DNA of 64,000 bases, taken from NCBI GenBank assembly GCA_965213925.1, contig OZ243927.1, positions 3,264,001-3,328,000 of the forward strand, given 5' to 3'. This DNA comes from Trueperaceae bacterium. GTDB lineage: Bacteria; Deinococcota; Deinococci; Deinococcales; Trueperaceae. This document shows, piece by piece, positions 1 to 9,663 of this stretch. The translations under genes and the position numbers were made by a program. Positions within the stretch are counted from its first letter, which is position 1, and the number at the start of each line of letters is the position of its first letter. Below the pieces are notes generated by a model. It saw only the letters and a list, made by a program, of their open reading frames with translations, did not search any database and was not told where the DNA came from.

Positions 1-2
1 GC

Positions 3-446
3 TTACGCGAAGCGCTCTTTAACATCCTCGGGTTTCAGCCTCGGGGCACCTTTTTGGACCTCTACAGCGGTTCCGGGGCGGTCGGGTTGGAGGCGGCGTC
101 GCGGGGCTGGCAAGCGACCTGTGTGGACCTGAGCCGCGAGGCGGCGAGCGTCATCCAAAAAAACGCGCGGACGCTCAAGCTGGACGCCCAGGTCGTGCAG
201 GGTGACGCGCTCCGCTTCGCGAGCCAACACCCGCACGCTTACGACGTCGTGTTCGCCGCCCCGCCCTACCCCCTGGATTTGGCGGCTATTTTTCAGCAGA
301 TCGTCGCGTCTGAAGTCGCTGCTGATCTCTACATCTTTCAGCATCCCTCGAGCCTGCACCTGCCCTTCCTCGCTAGCAGCGACGTGCGCACATACGGCTC
401 GAACGCGCTCAGCTTGTTGCGCGTGGACCGCGAGGACGAGGGGTAA
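3..446 (+). CDS. rsmD: 16S rRNA m2G966 methyltransferase RsmD (5'-partial)
   Basis: Frame open from window edge: LREALFNIL...FLDLYSGSGAVGLEAASRG and xPPY motif. Confidence 0.85.
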   Translation, partial: LREALFNILGFQPRGTFLDLYSGSGAVGLEAASRGWQATCVDLSREAASVIQKNARTLKLDAQVVQGDALRFASQHPHAYDVVFAAPPYPLDLAAIFQQIVASEVAADLYIFQHPSSLHLPFLASSDVRTYGSNALSLLRVDREDEG

Positions 447-491
447 GGTTCAATCTGCTCGCCCCTTTGTGACGCTCGCAGGGGCGCACCG

Positions 492-1457
492 CTACTCCGT
501 CCACCACGGCTTTCCTACAGGCTCGGAGAGTATCGCTCCTCGGAGCGTCTCCACCGCTTTGCGCAAGCCCTCATCGGGCGAGTCTAAGGCGTCCTCGTGT
601 TCGATGGAGATGACGCCGTCGTAGCCCACGGTCCGCAGAGCGGAGATGATGCGCTTCCAGGTGAGCGCCCCGTGCCCGTACCCCACCGAACGAAAGACCC
701 ACGAGCGGTCCTCGACCTGGTCGTAAGGAACGGTATCTAAAACCCCTTTGAGCGGCAAATTGACGGGGTCTAAATGCGTGTCCTTCGCGTGGAAGTGGTA
801 GATGGTCTCGCCCAAATAGCGAATCGCCCGCACGATATCGACCTGTTGCCAAAAGAGGTGACTCGGGTCGAAGTTGACGCCCACGTTGTCCCGCGTCTCG
901 CCGCGCAGCCGCGTTACGTGTTCGGGGTGGTAGACGACGAAGCCGGGGTGCATCTCGAGCGCAACCTTAACGCCATATTCCTCGGCGAACGCCGCCTCCT
1001 CGCGCCAGTAGGGGATCACGCGCTCTTGCCACTGCCACGCCAGAGACTTCGCGTGGTCGGTAGGCCACGCGCACACGTGCCAGTTCGGGACCTTATCGTC
1101 GGGTCCGCCCCCTGGACAGCCCGAGAACGTTACGACGACCTCCACACCGAGCTTTTCTGCGAGCTTGACGGTATTTTTCCAGGCGTCGTGATGAGGCTGA
1201 GAGACCGCCTCGTCCGGGTGGAGCGGGTTGCCATGACACGAGAGCGCCGAGATGGTGAGGTCGCGCTTGTCGAATTCGTCTTTGAAAGCGCGGCGTGCGC
1301 TGTCGTCTTCCAGTAACGTCGCGGGATTGCAGTGGCTGTTCCCGACGAAGCCGCCCGTACTGATTTCGGCTGCTTCTAAGCCCAAATCTACGAACTTGTC
1401 CAGCATATCCGTCAGTTCCAGATTACCGAACAGCGGGTCAAATGCACCTAATTTCAT
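492..1457 (-). CDS. Sugar phosphate isomerase/epimerase (xylose isomerase-like TIM barrel)
   Basis: LSCHGNPLHP, ALEMHPG, NFDPSH, HFHAKD, SIEHED motifs. Confidence 0.85.
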   Translation of the reverse strand: MKLGAFDPLFGNLELTDMLDKFVDLGLEAAEISTGGFVGNSHCNPATLLEDDSARRAFKDEFDKRDLTISALSCHGNPLHPDEAVSQPHHDAWKNTVKLAEKLGVEVVVTFSGCPGGGPDDKVPNWHVCAWPTDHAKSLAWQWQERVIPYWREEAAFAEEYGVKVALEMHPGFVVYHPEHVTRLRGETRDNVGVNFDPSHLFWQQVDIVRAIRYLGETIYHFHAKDTHLDPVNLPLKGVLDTVPYDQVEDRSWVFRSVGYGHGALTWKRIISALRTVGYDGVISIEHEDALDSPDEGLRKAVETLRGAILSEPVGKPWWTE

Positions 1458-2497
1458 ACGGGTTCCTTTACGTCTAGCTCGATATTTACACGTCGCCCCG
1501 TCTCCGAACTCTCCACCGCGCCGTAGACCATCGCTAAACTGCGGATGTTGTGCGCGCCCGTCGTCTCGGGCGTTTCACCGCGCTGCACCGCGTCCACGAA
1601 CGCTTCGATGGCGCTGCCATGCCAAGCGGTCATCTCTGTTTCTTCAAGTTCGGGTACTTTGGCCTTTTTGTAAGGATAGATAAACCCTTCAGGCGTCTCG
1701 ATGACTTCACAGCGCAAACCCGTCGCCCCGTCCCACAACACGCTCCCTTTCGTTCCAATAATGCGCCACGCACTCTCCCAAGGCGTGCGCAACCCTTCGG
1801 CGCACCAGCTCCCTCGGTAGGTGAAGACGATATCTCCTGTCATCTCAAAAATCGCTACGGCGGAAGCGTCGCGCTCGTACCAGGAGTTTTTAGGGTTCCA
1901 TTCGTAGCAGTAAACACTACGAGCATCCTGAGCGGTCAAAAGCCGCGCCGAGTCGAAGGTGTGAATCGCCATGTCCTTAACCAGCACATGCGCCATCTCC
2001 TCGCGGAAGCCGCCGAAGTGAGCGCCGATGTAAAAGTCCGCGTCCACCGTCGTAAGGTCGCCGATGACGCCGCTCCGCAAGAATGAGGTCAGCGTGCGGA
2101 TATTCGGGTCATAGCGGCGGTTTTGCATCACGGCGAAGGTCTTGCCCGCTTTTTCCGCTACGCGCAGCATCTCACGCGCCTCTTTTATCGTGTCCGCCAT
2201 CGGTTTTTCGCTGAAGACGTGAGCGCCGTGCTCGAGCGCTCGTGTCGTCACCTCAAAATGCGCCGCCGGGACCGTGCAGTTGAAAACGACATCCGGCTCC
2301 AGACGCGTCAACGCCTCCTCTAAATCTGTACCGACGAAAACGTCAAAGCCGAACCTTTCCGCCTGACCTCTTGCGGTTTCTTCCACAAGGTCAACTAAAC
2401 CGACGAGTTCGACACTGGGCAGCCGCTTGGCAGGCTCCAACCACAGATCGCTGATACCGCCGCAGCCGACGAGCAGGGCTTTAAGGGGATGATTCAT
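1454..2497 (-). CDS. Gfo/Idh/MocA family oxidoreductase
   Basis: VGCGGIS Rossmann start, SEKPM and DMAIH motifs; overlaps downstream gene. Confidence 0.9.
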   Translation of the reverse strand: MNHPLKALLVGCGGISDLWLEPAKRLPSVELVGLVDLVEETARGQAERFGFDVFVGTDLEEALTRLEPDVVFNCTVPAAHFEVTTRALEHGAHVFSEKPMADTIKEAREMLRVAEKAGKTFAVMQNRRYDPNIRTLTSFLRSGVIGDLTTVDADFYIGAHFGGFREEMAHVLVKDMAIHTFDSARLLTAQDARSVYCYEWNPKNSWYERDASAVAIFEMTGDIVFTYRGSWCAEGLRTPWESAWRIIGTKGSVLWDGATGLRCEVIETPEGFIYPYKKAKVPELEETEMTAWHGSAIEAFVDAVQRGETPETTGAHNIRSLAMVYGAVESSETGRRVNIELDVKEPV

Positions 2498-2514
2498 CCT
2501 CACTCCAGACTAAG

Positions 2515-2538
2515 AACAAGGGGTTGCAACCCCTTGTT
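2515..2538. repeat. REP-like 24-bp palindrome AACAAGGGGTTGCAACCCCTTGTT
   Basis: Perfect palindrome; also at 18213-18236 and 60732-60755, variant at 25628-25647. Confidence 0.85.
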
Positions 2539-2562
2539 GATTGGATTTCGGAACTATACCAA

Positions 2563-3387
2563 CTACTGCTTTACCGCACCCGACGTTAAACCTGCCACCA
2601 CATACCGCTGCGCAAACAAAAAGATGATTAAGGGCGGCAGCATCGCTAAGGTCGAAAACGCCATCACCGCGTTCCAATCGGTGACGCTCGAGCCGATGAA
2701 GTTCCAAAGCCCCGCCGTGACGGGTCGAAACGAGTCGTTGTTAGTCAACGTCAGCGCGAACACGAGGTCGTTCCAGCCGAACAAAAAGGTGAAAATCCCG
2801 GCAGTGGCGAGTCCGGGCGTCGCGAGCGGCAGCATCACCCGCAAAAACGCGCCCCACGCGGTGCAGCCGTCGATCTTGGCGGCTTCGGTGAGTTGGGGCG
2901 GTAGCGAGAGGAAAAAAGGACGCAGAACGACGAGCGCGAAGGGGAGCGCCAGCGCCGTATTCGCCACGATGAGACCGACGTAACTGTCTAAGAGTCCGGC
3001 GCGGCTAAAGGTGATAAAAAGGGGCGTCGCCAGCATGATCGCCGGAAACATCAGCGAGCTGAGGCTCACCAAGATGAGCAGCCACTTCCCCCTTAGCGGC
3101 AGGTGCGCGACCCCGTACGCGGCGGGCGTGGCGAGCGCCAAGGTGAAAAGCGTCGTCCCTGTGCCGACGATGAGGCTATTCAAGAAGTAGCGCGGAATCG
3201 CCGCGTTGCCGAAAATCCTGCCCCACGCGCTCCAGCTCAGCTCGCTCGGAAAGAAGCTCGGCGGATAGGCGAAGATTTCGGTCTGAGGTTTGACGGAGGT
3301 CACGACCATCCAGTAGATAGGAAAGAGAAAGAGCGCCAAAAAGAGCACGCTGAGAATAGCGGAGAGGTAACGGCGGTTCGACTTCAT
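2563..3387 (-). CDS. Carbohydrate ABC transporter permease (MalG-like)
   Basis: Hydrophobic helices, EAAKIDG (EAA loop). Confidence 0.92.
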   Translation of the reverse strand: MKSNRRYLSAILSVLFLALFLFPIYWMVVTSVKPQTEIFAYPPSFFPSELSWSAWGRIFGNAAIPRYFLNSLIVGTGTTLFTLALATPAAYGVAHLPLRGKWLLILVSLSSLMFPAIMLATPLFITFSRAGLLDSYVGLIVANTALALPFALVVLRPFFLSLPPQLTEAAKIDGCTAWGAFLRVMLPLATPGLATAGIFTFLFGWNDLVFALTLTNNDSFRPVTAGLWNFIGSSVTDWNAVMAFSTLAMLPPLIIFLFAQRYVVAGLTSGAVKQ

Positions 3388-3397
3388 CCAACACCTC

Positions 3398-4339
3398 TCA
3401 CGATACTGTTTCCTCGTAACGCAAGTTCCATAAATAGAGGAGCGAGACGCAGAAGAGGATCAAAAAGAGCGTATTCAGCACGGCTGCACCCTCCCCGAAA
3501 AGAAACTGGCTAAAGATCATCTGAAAGGCGACCGTGGAAAAGACCTGCGTCGCGTTAAAAGGCCCCCCTTGCGTCGTGACCCAAATCACGTCAAAGACCT
3601 TAAAGGTATAGATGAGCCCTAACAGCAAGGTGGCGACGAGCGCAGGACGCAAGAGCGGCAGGGTGACGTAGCGGAGCTTCGCGCCGCCCGACGCGCCGTC
3701 TATCTCCGCCGCCTCGTAGAGTTCGTCAGGGATGCCTTGCAGCCCAGCCAGAAGGAGCGCCATATTAAAGGGGATGCCGAGCCAGATGTTGATGATGACC
3801 GCGACTAGCGCAAGCTGCAAGTCCGCGAGCCAGAAGATATTTTCTTGGGTGATGTTGAGCGTGGTGAGGAGCCAGTTGATGACGCCCACCTGACCGTCGA
3901 AGAGCCAGCGAAAGACGATGCCGACGACGACTGCCGGGATCGTCCAGGCGATGAGGTAGAGCCCGCGCATGGTTTTGTTGCCGGGAAAGGGGCGGTTGTA
4001 AAAGAGCGCCAGCGCGAGCCCGAAAAAGAGCTGAAAGACGATCGAGCCCGCCGTGAAGATAAAGGTTTGCCGCGCCGCTTGGCGGTAGAGCGGGCTGCTG
4101 AAAATCTCGGCGTAGTTCGAGAAGCCGACCCAAGGCGCGTCGCCGCTCATGAGGTTGATAGCTTTGAGGTCTTGAAAGCTGATGCGGAAGTTGAAAAAAA
4201 TCGGATAGGCGATGAAGAGAAGGAGGAACACGCCAGCGGGCAAGACGAAGGAGTAGTTGACGAGCTGGCGCATGAGGTGTGAGCGCCGCGCCGAACCTTT
4301 CGCGCGGCGCTCGGGAACCGCTAGCTTGCGTGTGCTCAT
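3398..4339 (-). CDS. Carbohydrate ABC transporter permease (MalF-like)
   Basis: ELYEAAEIDGA motif, TM segments. Confidence 0.92.
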   Translation of the reverse strand: MSTRKLAVPERRAKGSARRSHLMRQLVNYSFVLPAGVFLLLFIAYPIFFNFRISFQDLKAINLMSGDAPWVGFSNYAEIFSSPLYRQAARQTFIFTAGSIVFQLFFGLALALFYNRPFPGNKTMRGLYLIAWTIPAVVVGIVFRWLFDGQVGVINWLLTTLNITQENIFWLADLQLALVAVIINIWLGIPFNMALLLAGLQGIPDELYEAAEIDGASGGAKLRYVTLPLLRPALVATLLLGLIYTFKVFDVIWVTTQGGPFNATQVFSTVAFQMIFSQFLFGEGAAVLNTLFLILFCVSLLYLWNLRYEETVS

Positions 4340-4378
4340 ACTTGTGTACTCCTCGTCGTCTTATAGACCTCTCACCTC

Positions 4379-4508
4379 ATGTCACCCTGAACGAATGTGA
4401 AGGGTCTCGTTTAGCTACGCTAAAACTTCGTAACTTGCGCTTTTCTGTTAGAGGAGTCAGCAAGGTCAGAGATTCTTCACTCCGCTAGGGCTCCGTTCAG
4501 AATGACAT
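4379..4508. repeat. ~130-bp palindromic repeat family 1 (GTCACCCTGA...AGATTC...TCAGAATGAC), copy a
   Basis: Terminal inverted repeat 13/15; close homolog at 22196-22330. Confidence 0.85.
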
Positions 4509-4561
4509 ATCCGTTTATAGGCAGACACCGATACCCCGCTGACAACGCTGTTCGCTCTCGC

Positions 4562-5158
4562 CTACTCGCTTAGCAAAGGCGTAATGACCGCCGCCGCTTG
4601 CTCGGGCGTCTTCGCGCCGACCAAAACGGCTTGGACCATATTCATAATCTCTTGTGAAGCTTCGGGGTAGTTGGGACCGTACGCCCGCGGCTTCGCCACC
4701 GAGACGGCTTCGACGAACTGCGCGAGCTGCTCGTCCGAGGTGAATAGCTCGTTATCCGCTAGGTCTTCGCGGTTAGTAATAAAGCCCGAGGTTTCGTACA
4801 TACCTAAGAGGTTTTCGGGCTGCGTCACCCACTGAATCACGTCCCAGGCTGCTTCGACGTTCGAGCCTGCGCCGACGGCTAGGTTTTGCCCGCCCAAAAT
4901 CGAGGTCGACGTGCCGCCATCAGGCCACGCCGCGACGTCCCACGCGAAGTCAGGGTTCGCCTCGCGGATGCCGGGAAGTTGCCACGGACCGTTGATCATC
5001 ATGGCGCACCGGCCCGCCAAAAATTGATTGTTCACGTCGCCCTGTCCCCACTGGAGCGCAGAGATGGGAATGCTGCGGTCCTCGTTCATCATCGTATTGA
5101 GGAGCGTCAATGCTCCGATGTTGGCTTCGCTATCTACATTTTGCAGGTCGCCGCCGCT
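4562..5158 (-). pseudogene. Sugar ABC substrate-binding protein, C-terminal part only
   Basis: FLAGRCAMMINGPW and LGGQNLAV motifs; reading frame hits TGA just upstream; no signal peptide or N-terminal half. Confidence 0.75.
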
Positions 5159-5347
5159 TCCCCTGGCGCTCTGTCCGAGTGTGGTCGGCAGTCATCCCGA
5201 AGCGCCCCGCCCCGGACTGGTCGAAGGAGCCGCGTTCCGTCCCCAGCGTGCACCGCAGTCGAAACCCGTGAGTTTGCGCAGAGCGGGCGACCACCTCTTC
5301 TTGCGTTCAACGTACCTCTACCCCTAAAGCTTACAGGTGAAACCGTG

Positions 5348-6550
5348 ATGGACCTTATCCTCCGCAACGCCCGCCTTTCGGACAGCACGCTGGTTGATAT
5401 CGGCGTAGACGATGGGGCGATCGTCAGGCTCGAGCCCGACCTGGAAATCTCCGCCCAACAAGAGGTCAACGCTGACGGCAACCTCACCCTGCCCGCTTTC
5501 GTCAACGGACAACTTCACGCCTGTAAGGTCTTCTGGCGTCGCAAGCTCGCCACACTTTCAAACGAGGTGCGGCGTCTCCCCCGCTTCGAAGCGGCGAAGC
5601 ATGTCAAGCGCACCTACACACCTGAAGGTGTTTTCGAGCGGGTGGACGAGGCGATGCGTTTAGCCCTCGAACACGGCACGTGCGCCATCCGACTCTTCGC
5701 AGATGTGGATGAGGATTCGGGCTTGAACGCGGTTAAAGGGCTCTTCGAGATAAAAAAGAAGTATTAACCTCTTATGAACGTGCAAGTCGTCGCCTTTCCG
5801 CAAGACGGGGTGGGCGGACGAACTGAGGCGTTGATGCGCGAGGCGTTAGAGCTAGGCGCGGACGTCGTCGGCGGCATCCCCTGGATCGAACGGGACGAAG
5901 ACGCACAAAAAGCGCATACGGACATGTGCTTTTCGCTCGCGAAAGAGTTCGGTAGAGATTTACATATGGTCTGCGATGACACGACGAATCCTGGCTCGAG
6001 AACCCTCGAGTATCTAGCCCGTCAGACCGTTGAAAATAACTATCAATACCGCGTCACCGCCACCCAGTGCGCCGCGCTCGCCTTTTACGACGACGCTTAC
6101 GCGCAAGAGGTCATCGGACTTGTTAAAGATGCGGGCATCACCGTTTTTAGCAACGCGCACGTCTCTCTCGTCACCACTGAACATCAGGGAGAACCTTATC
6201 CGCGCGGCGTCACCCGCGTTCGCGAGTTGCTCGAGGCGGGCGTGCCCGTCGCCTGTGCACAGGACGACATCGACAACTGGTACTACCCGTTCGGGCGCAA
6301 CGATATGTTGGAGGTCGCCCAGTTCACGGCGCACGCGGGCGGCTTCGGCTGGGAGGGTGAGCGCGTCGTGCCGATGGTGACGGACGTTCCTGCGAAGGTC
6401 ATGGGTCTGTACAACTACGGCTTAGGGGTCGGCAAGTCGGCGGATGTCGTGGTTTTAGGTGCGGGGACTTGGCACGAGGCGTTGCAGTTTCAAGTGGCAA
6501 AAACGGTGCTTATCTTACGGGGTCAGCGCTTGCGCCGACCCGCCGAGTAG
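5348..6550 (+). pseudogene. Cytosine-deaminase-like amidohydrolase interrupted by in-frame TAA at 5765-5767
   Basis: MDLILRNARL...KKY*PLMNVQVVAFPQDG...GADVVGGIP...AQDD..YYPFG; both halves in the same frame. Confidence 0.8.
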
Positions 6551-6558
6551 GAGCCGGC

Positions 6559-7797
6559 TCAAGAAGCGAGCCGCCGCAACGTCTGCGCTAACACGCGCAC
6601 GCCCGCAACGATCTCCTCCGGCTTGCTGTACTCGTCCGGGCGGTGACTAATGCCGTCTTTCGAGGGAATAAAGATCATCCCGACCGGACAAACGCGGGCT
6701 ATAAAGAGCGTGTCGTGGTACGCGCGGCTCACCATCTGCATACTCTCCAGAGAGAGGTTCTTCGTCCCCTTCTCGACTGCCTGAACAACCTCGGGCGCAC
6801 ACGTTGCAGGTGGGTCGGCGTTGAGGGTTTTGAGATCTACATTGACACCGCGTTCGTCGGCGATGCCTTCCGCTGCTCGGCGGATTTGCGTCATTACTCG
6901 GTCACGCCTTGAGAGGTCAACGTCGCGCACGTCCACGCTCATAAACACGCGGCTCGGGATGCTGTTCACCGCTCTCGGGTGTACATCGAAAATCCCGACG
7001 GTTGCCACAGTATCGCCGCTGCCGCTCTCCCTCGCTGAGCGCTCAACCTCGAGAGAGAGTTCCGCGCCCGCTGTGAGCGCGTCTTTGCGGTCCGCCATTA
7101 GGACCGCGCCCGCGTGTCCGCCTTGTCCTTCTAACGTGACGTGTAAGGTGGCCGGCGCGGCGATGTTCGTTACGACGCCGATAGGGACGCCCGCCCGCTC
7201 CAACCTCGGACCCTGTTCGATGTGGAGTTCGACAAAAGCGTGATAGTGACCTTCGTCTAACTCGACCTCGTCTAACTCGCCCTCGAAGCCCACCTCGCGC
7301 CTCACCTCATCGGGATTGTTGCCCGCTTCGTCCTCCAACGCGCGGACCTCTTCGGGCGAAAGCGTGCCGGACATCGCTCTCGAGCCCAGACACCCCACCC
7401 CGAAGCGCGTCGGCTCCTCGGCGGTGAAGAGGATAAGCTCGAGCGGGCGTTGCGGCGTAAAGCCCGACGCCTTGAGCGCTCGGATCGCTTCCAAGCCGCC
7501 CAACACGCCCACCACCCCGTCGTAGCGCCCCGAATGCGGAATCGCGTCGATATGTGAGCCTGTTGCCACCGCCGAGCGTTCGGGGTTCGCGCCCTCCCAA
7601 CGGGCGAAGAGGTTGCCTAGAGCATCCTCGTGGATAGAGAGGTCGACTTCACGGATGAGGTCTTTGAGGTACTCCCTCGCTTTCATATCCTGCTCGGTGT
7701 AGAGAACGCGCGTCACGGCGGGCGCGGGCGCGTCGCTATAGGTCGCGAGCGTTTCAATCTGGTTCATCAGACGGTCTTGGTCTATCTCGAGGGTCAT
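6559..7797 (-). CDS. M20 Zn/Mn amidohydrolase, ureidoglycolate amidohydrolase (UAH)-type
   Basis: TRVLYT, GSHIDAIP, EEPTRFG, ELHIEQG, SRAYHD motifs; located in purine catabolic cluster. Confidence 0.8.
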   Translation of the reverse strand: MTLEIDQDRLMNQIETLATYSDAPAPAVTRVLYTEQDMKAREYLKDLIREVDLSIHEDALGNLFARWEGANPERSAVATGSHIDAIPHSGRYDGVVGVLGGLEAIRALKASGFTPQRPLELILFTAEEPTRFGVGCLGSRAMSGTLSPEEVRALEDEAGNNPDEVRREVGFEGELDEVELDEGHYHAFVELHIEQGPRLERAGVPIGVVTNIAAPATLHVTLEGQGGHAGAVLMADRKDALTAGAELSLEVERSARESGSGDTVATVGIFDVHPRAVNSIPSRVFMSVDVRDVDLSRRDRVMTQIRRAAEGIADERGVNVDLKTLNADPPATCAPEVVQAVEKGTKNLSLESMQMVSRAYHDTLFIARVCPVGMIFIPSKDGISHRPDEYSKPEEIVAGVRVLAQTLRRLAS

Positions 7798-7913
7798 TCG
7801 GTCTCCAATTTAATAAAGAAGCAATGAGTTGAAAGCAATCCAGTCAAGCTGGTGGCTTTAGCTTCCGCAGGAACGAACGGTGAGCAATGAGTCTAAAGGT
7901 TTTCACTTTCAAC

Positions 7914-8348
7914 TCACTGCTCGTTGCTCATTGCTCCTTCTAACAACTCAAAGTCCTCAAAGTCGAACCCCGGCACGACGACGCACGACACCAGCGCGTA
8001 GCCCTCGGCATCTCCCAGCGGCTCCGCCTCCTGCACGTAACCTCCTGGCACGACGACCTGCGGCCGTTCTAAACCGAGCGTTACGACCTCTTGCGCGCCG
8101 TCCGGTGAGGTCAGCGTCAGGTTGATGGGGTCGCCCCGGTGAAAGAGCCACAGCTCGTCCGAGCGGACGCGGTGGGGGCGGCTCCGTTCTCCTGCGGGGA
8201 GCAAGAAGAGGATGGCGGTGCCGGCGGCACGTGTACTCGGATAGCCCTCTGGCTCGACTTCGTGCGGTGAGCGCCAGGTTTCGCGGTAGTAGCCGCCTTC
8301 GGGGTGGGGTTTGAGGTCTAGCGCTTCGATGAGGTCTTGGGCGCTCAC
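7914..8348 (-). CDS. Cupin_5 / DUF985 family protein
   Basis: LKPHPEGGYYRET, HRVRSDELW, LVSCVVVPGFDFEDF. Confidence 0.9.
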   Translation of the reverse strand: MSAQDLIEALDLKPHPEGGYYRETWRSPHEVEPEGYPSTRAAGTAILFLLPAGERSRPHRVRSDELWLFHRGDPINLTLTSPDGAQEVVTLGLERPQVVVPGGYVQEAEPLGDAEGYALVSCVVVPGFDFEDFELLEGAMSNEQ

Positions 8349-8375
8349 GCTAGCGTTCCTCGGGGCTCAGCGCCA

Positions 8376-9662
8376 TCAGTTGAACCAGAGCGCGAAATTG
8401 AGGAAGTTGCCGCCAAAAAGTCCTTGCAAGCGCCGCCAGGTATCGGCGCTACTGAGTGGGCCCTCTTCGAGGTAGGGCGTCGCCGCGCTCCCTTGAAACC
8501 AGAGCAGGGCGTCAAAGGTTCGCGGCTCCATGAACACGCGGCGCACGTTGACGCCGCGCCCATCTTGCACGCGCGGATGCGGAATCAGTAGGTCACCCGC
8601 AAGGACGGCGTCCGCCTCGTCCAAAAAGGTTAGCCAAGCCTCTATCTGCACTTCAGTGAGGCGCACACCTATCACACTACTCTGAGTGGCGTTCGGTATC
8701 CACTCGTGTTCGTCGTCGGTTTCGGCGCGTACCGCGTCCCACGAGCGTCGGCTCTCTAAGAGGACGGTCTCAAAACGTTCCAATGCCCTTTCCAAGCGCT
8801 CAGGTTCAGTTGGCTCGAGGTTCAGCAGATGGATAAAGGCGATGAGGTCAGCGATGAGCGTGACGTCGAACATGCCCTCGGGCTCACCCGTGCGACTCAA
8901 AAACTCATGCGGCGTCTGCACCCGTTCGTAGGTCAGATGCGCCGTGCGTTCGAACAGCTCACGGCTGTCGTGAGCTAGATAGATGTCTGTCAGGGCGCTC
9001 AGAAGTTCGGCGTAACCTCGGAACCAGTGAACATCACCACGGTCAAATGCGGTGAGGAGGTCCCCTTCTCCGGGCAGAACCTGGTTGGGCTGACCAAAAC
9101 GGGCAAAAAGCTGTTGAAGACTTTCATCCTCACGGGCGTCGCCGTCGCCATTAAAGTCCAGCCGGATGCGCCCGACAGGTAGCTCGAGCTTGACCTCACC
9201 GTCCTTAACTTCACCGTCCTTAACTTCACCGTCCTTAACTTCACTGTCTTGAACCTCAGCGTCACCGAGAAAATCCTCGAGCGCCGCGAAGGTTGCACTC
9301 GCTTCGCTCAAGTCTGCTAGAAAGGTTTCTAAAATAGCGCGTAAGTTCTCATATGCGATTTCACGCGCGTCACCATCCGCCGCCGAGGGAAACTGAAAGG
9401 GTAAAAAGGTGACGGCCCGGTCATCGGTGCGTAAGCCGTAGCGAGCGAAGGACTGAGACGCGCCCTCGAACGCGCCAAGAAACTGGACGATGCCCAAGCT
9501 AAACTGCGCTTCGGCGTCTTCCGGCTGAGAGCCTAGTCTCTCCAGAAGCGCAGTTTCAGCCTCGAGCAGACGCCCCGTCTCCAGGTAGGGCACAACGAGC
9601 GGCTGAGCAGCTCCAAAACCCGCCAGCCAGAACCAACACAGTATCAGCATAGAAGTGCGCAA
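8376..9662 (-). CDS. Hypothetical secreted protein with EVKDG tandem repeat
   Basis: 428-aa ORF with N-terminal signal-like segment; starts 1 nt after allE stop. Confidence 0.8.
   Translation of the reverse strand: MRTSMLILCWFWLAGFGAAQPLVVPYLETGRLLEAETALLERLGSQPEDAEAQFSLGIVQFLGAFEGASQSFARYGLRTDDRAVTFLPFQFPSAADGDAREIAYENLRAILETFLADLSEASATFAALEDFLGDAEVQDSEVKDGEVKDGEVKDGEVKLELPVGRIRLDFNGDGDAREDESLQQLFARFGQPNQVLPGEGDLLTAFDRGDVHWFRGYAELLSALTDIYLAHDSRELFERTAHLTYERVQTPHEFLSRTGEPEGMFDVTLIADLIAFIHLLNLEPTEPERLERALERFETVLLESRRSWDAVRAETDDEHEWIPNATQSSVIGVRLTEVQIEAWLTFLDEADAVLAGDLLIPHPRVQDGRGVNVRRVFMEPRTFDALLWFQGSAATPYLEEGPLSSADTWRRLQGLFGGNFLNFALWFN
9196..9255. repeat. 15-bp coding tandem repeat TCACCGTCCTTAACT x3 plus one degenerate copy
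   Basis: Directly visible; encodes EVKDG repeats. Confidence 0.95.
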
Positions 9663-9663
9663 C

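Noticed and set aside
4886..5347. N-terminal extension of the 293-aa ORF
   Set aside because: Antisense to the binding-protein remnant; deaminase similarity starts at ATG 5348
7821..7937. Heptamer-like TGCTCAT/GCAATGAG runs (similar at ~22131, 31765, 35570, 50330)
   Set aside because: Short degenerate low-complexity intergenic repeats; no definable unit or function
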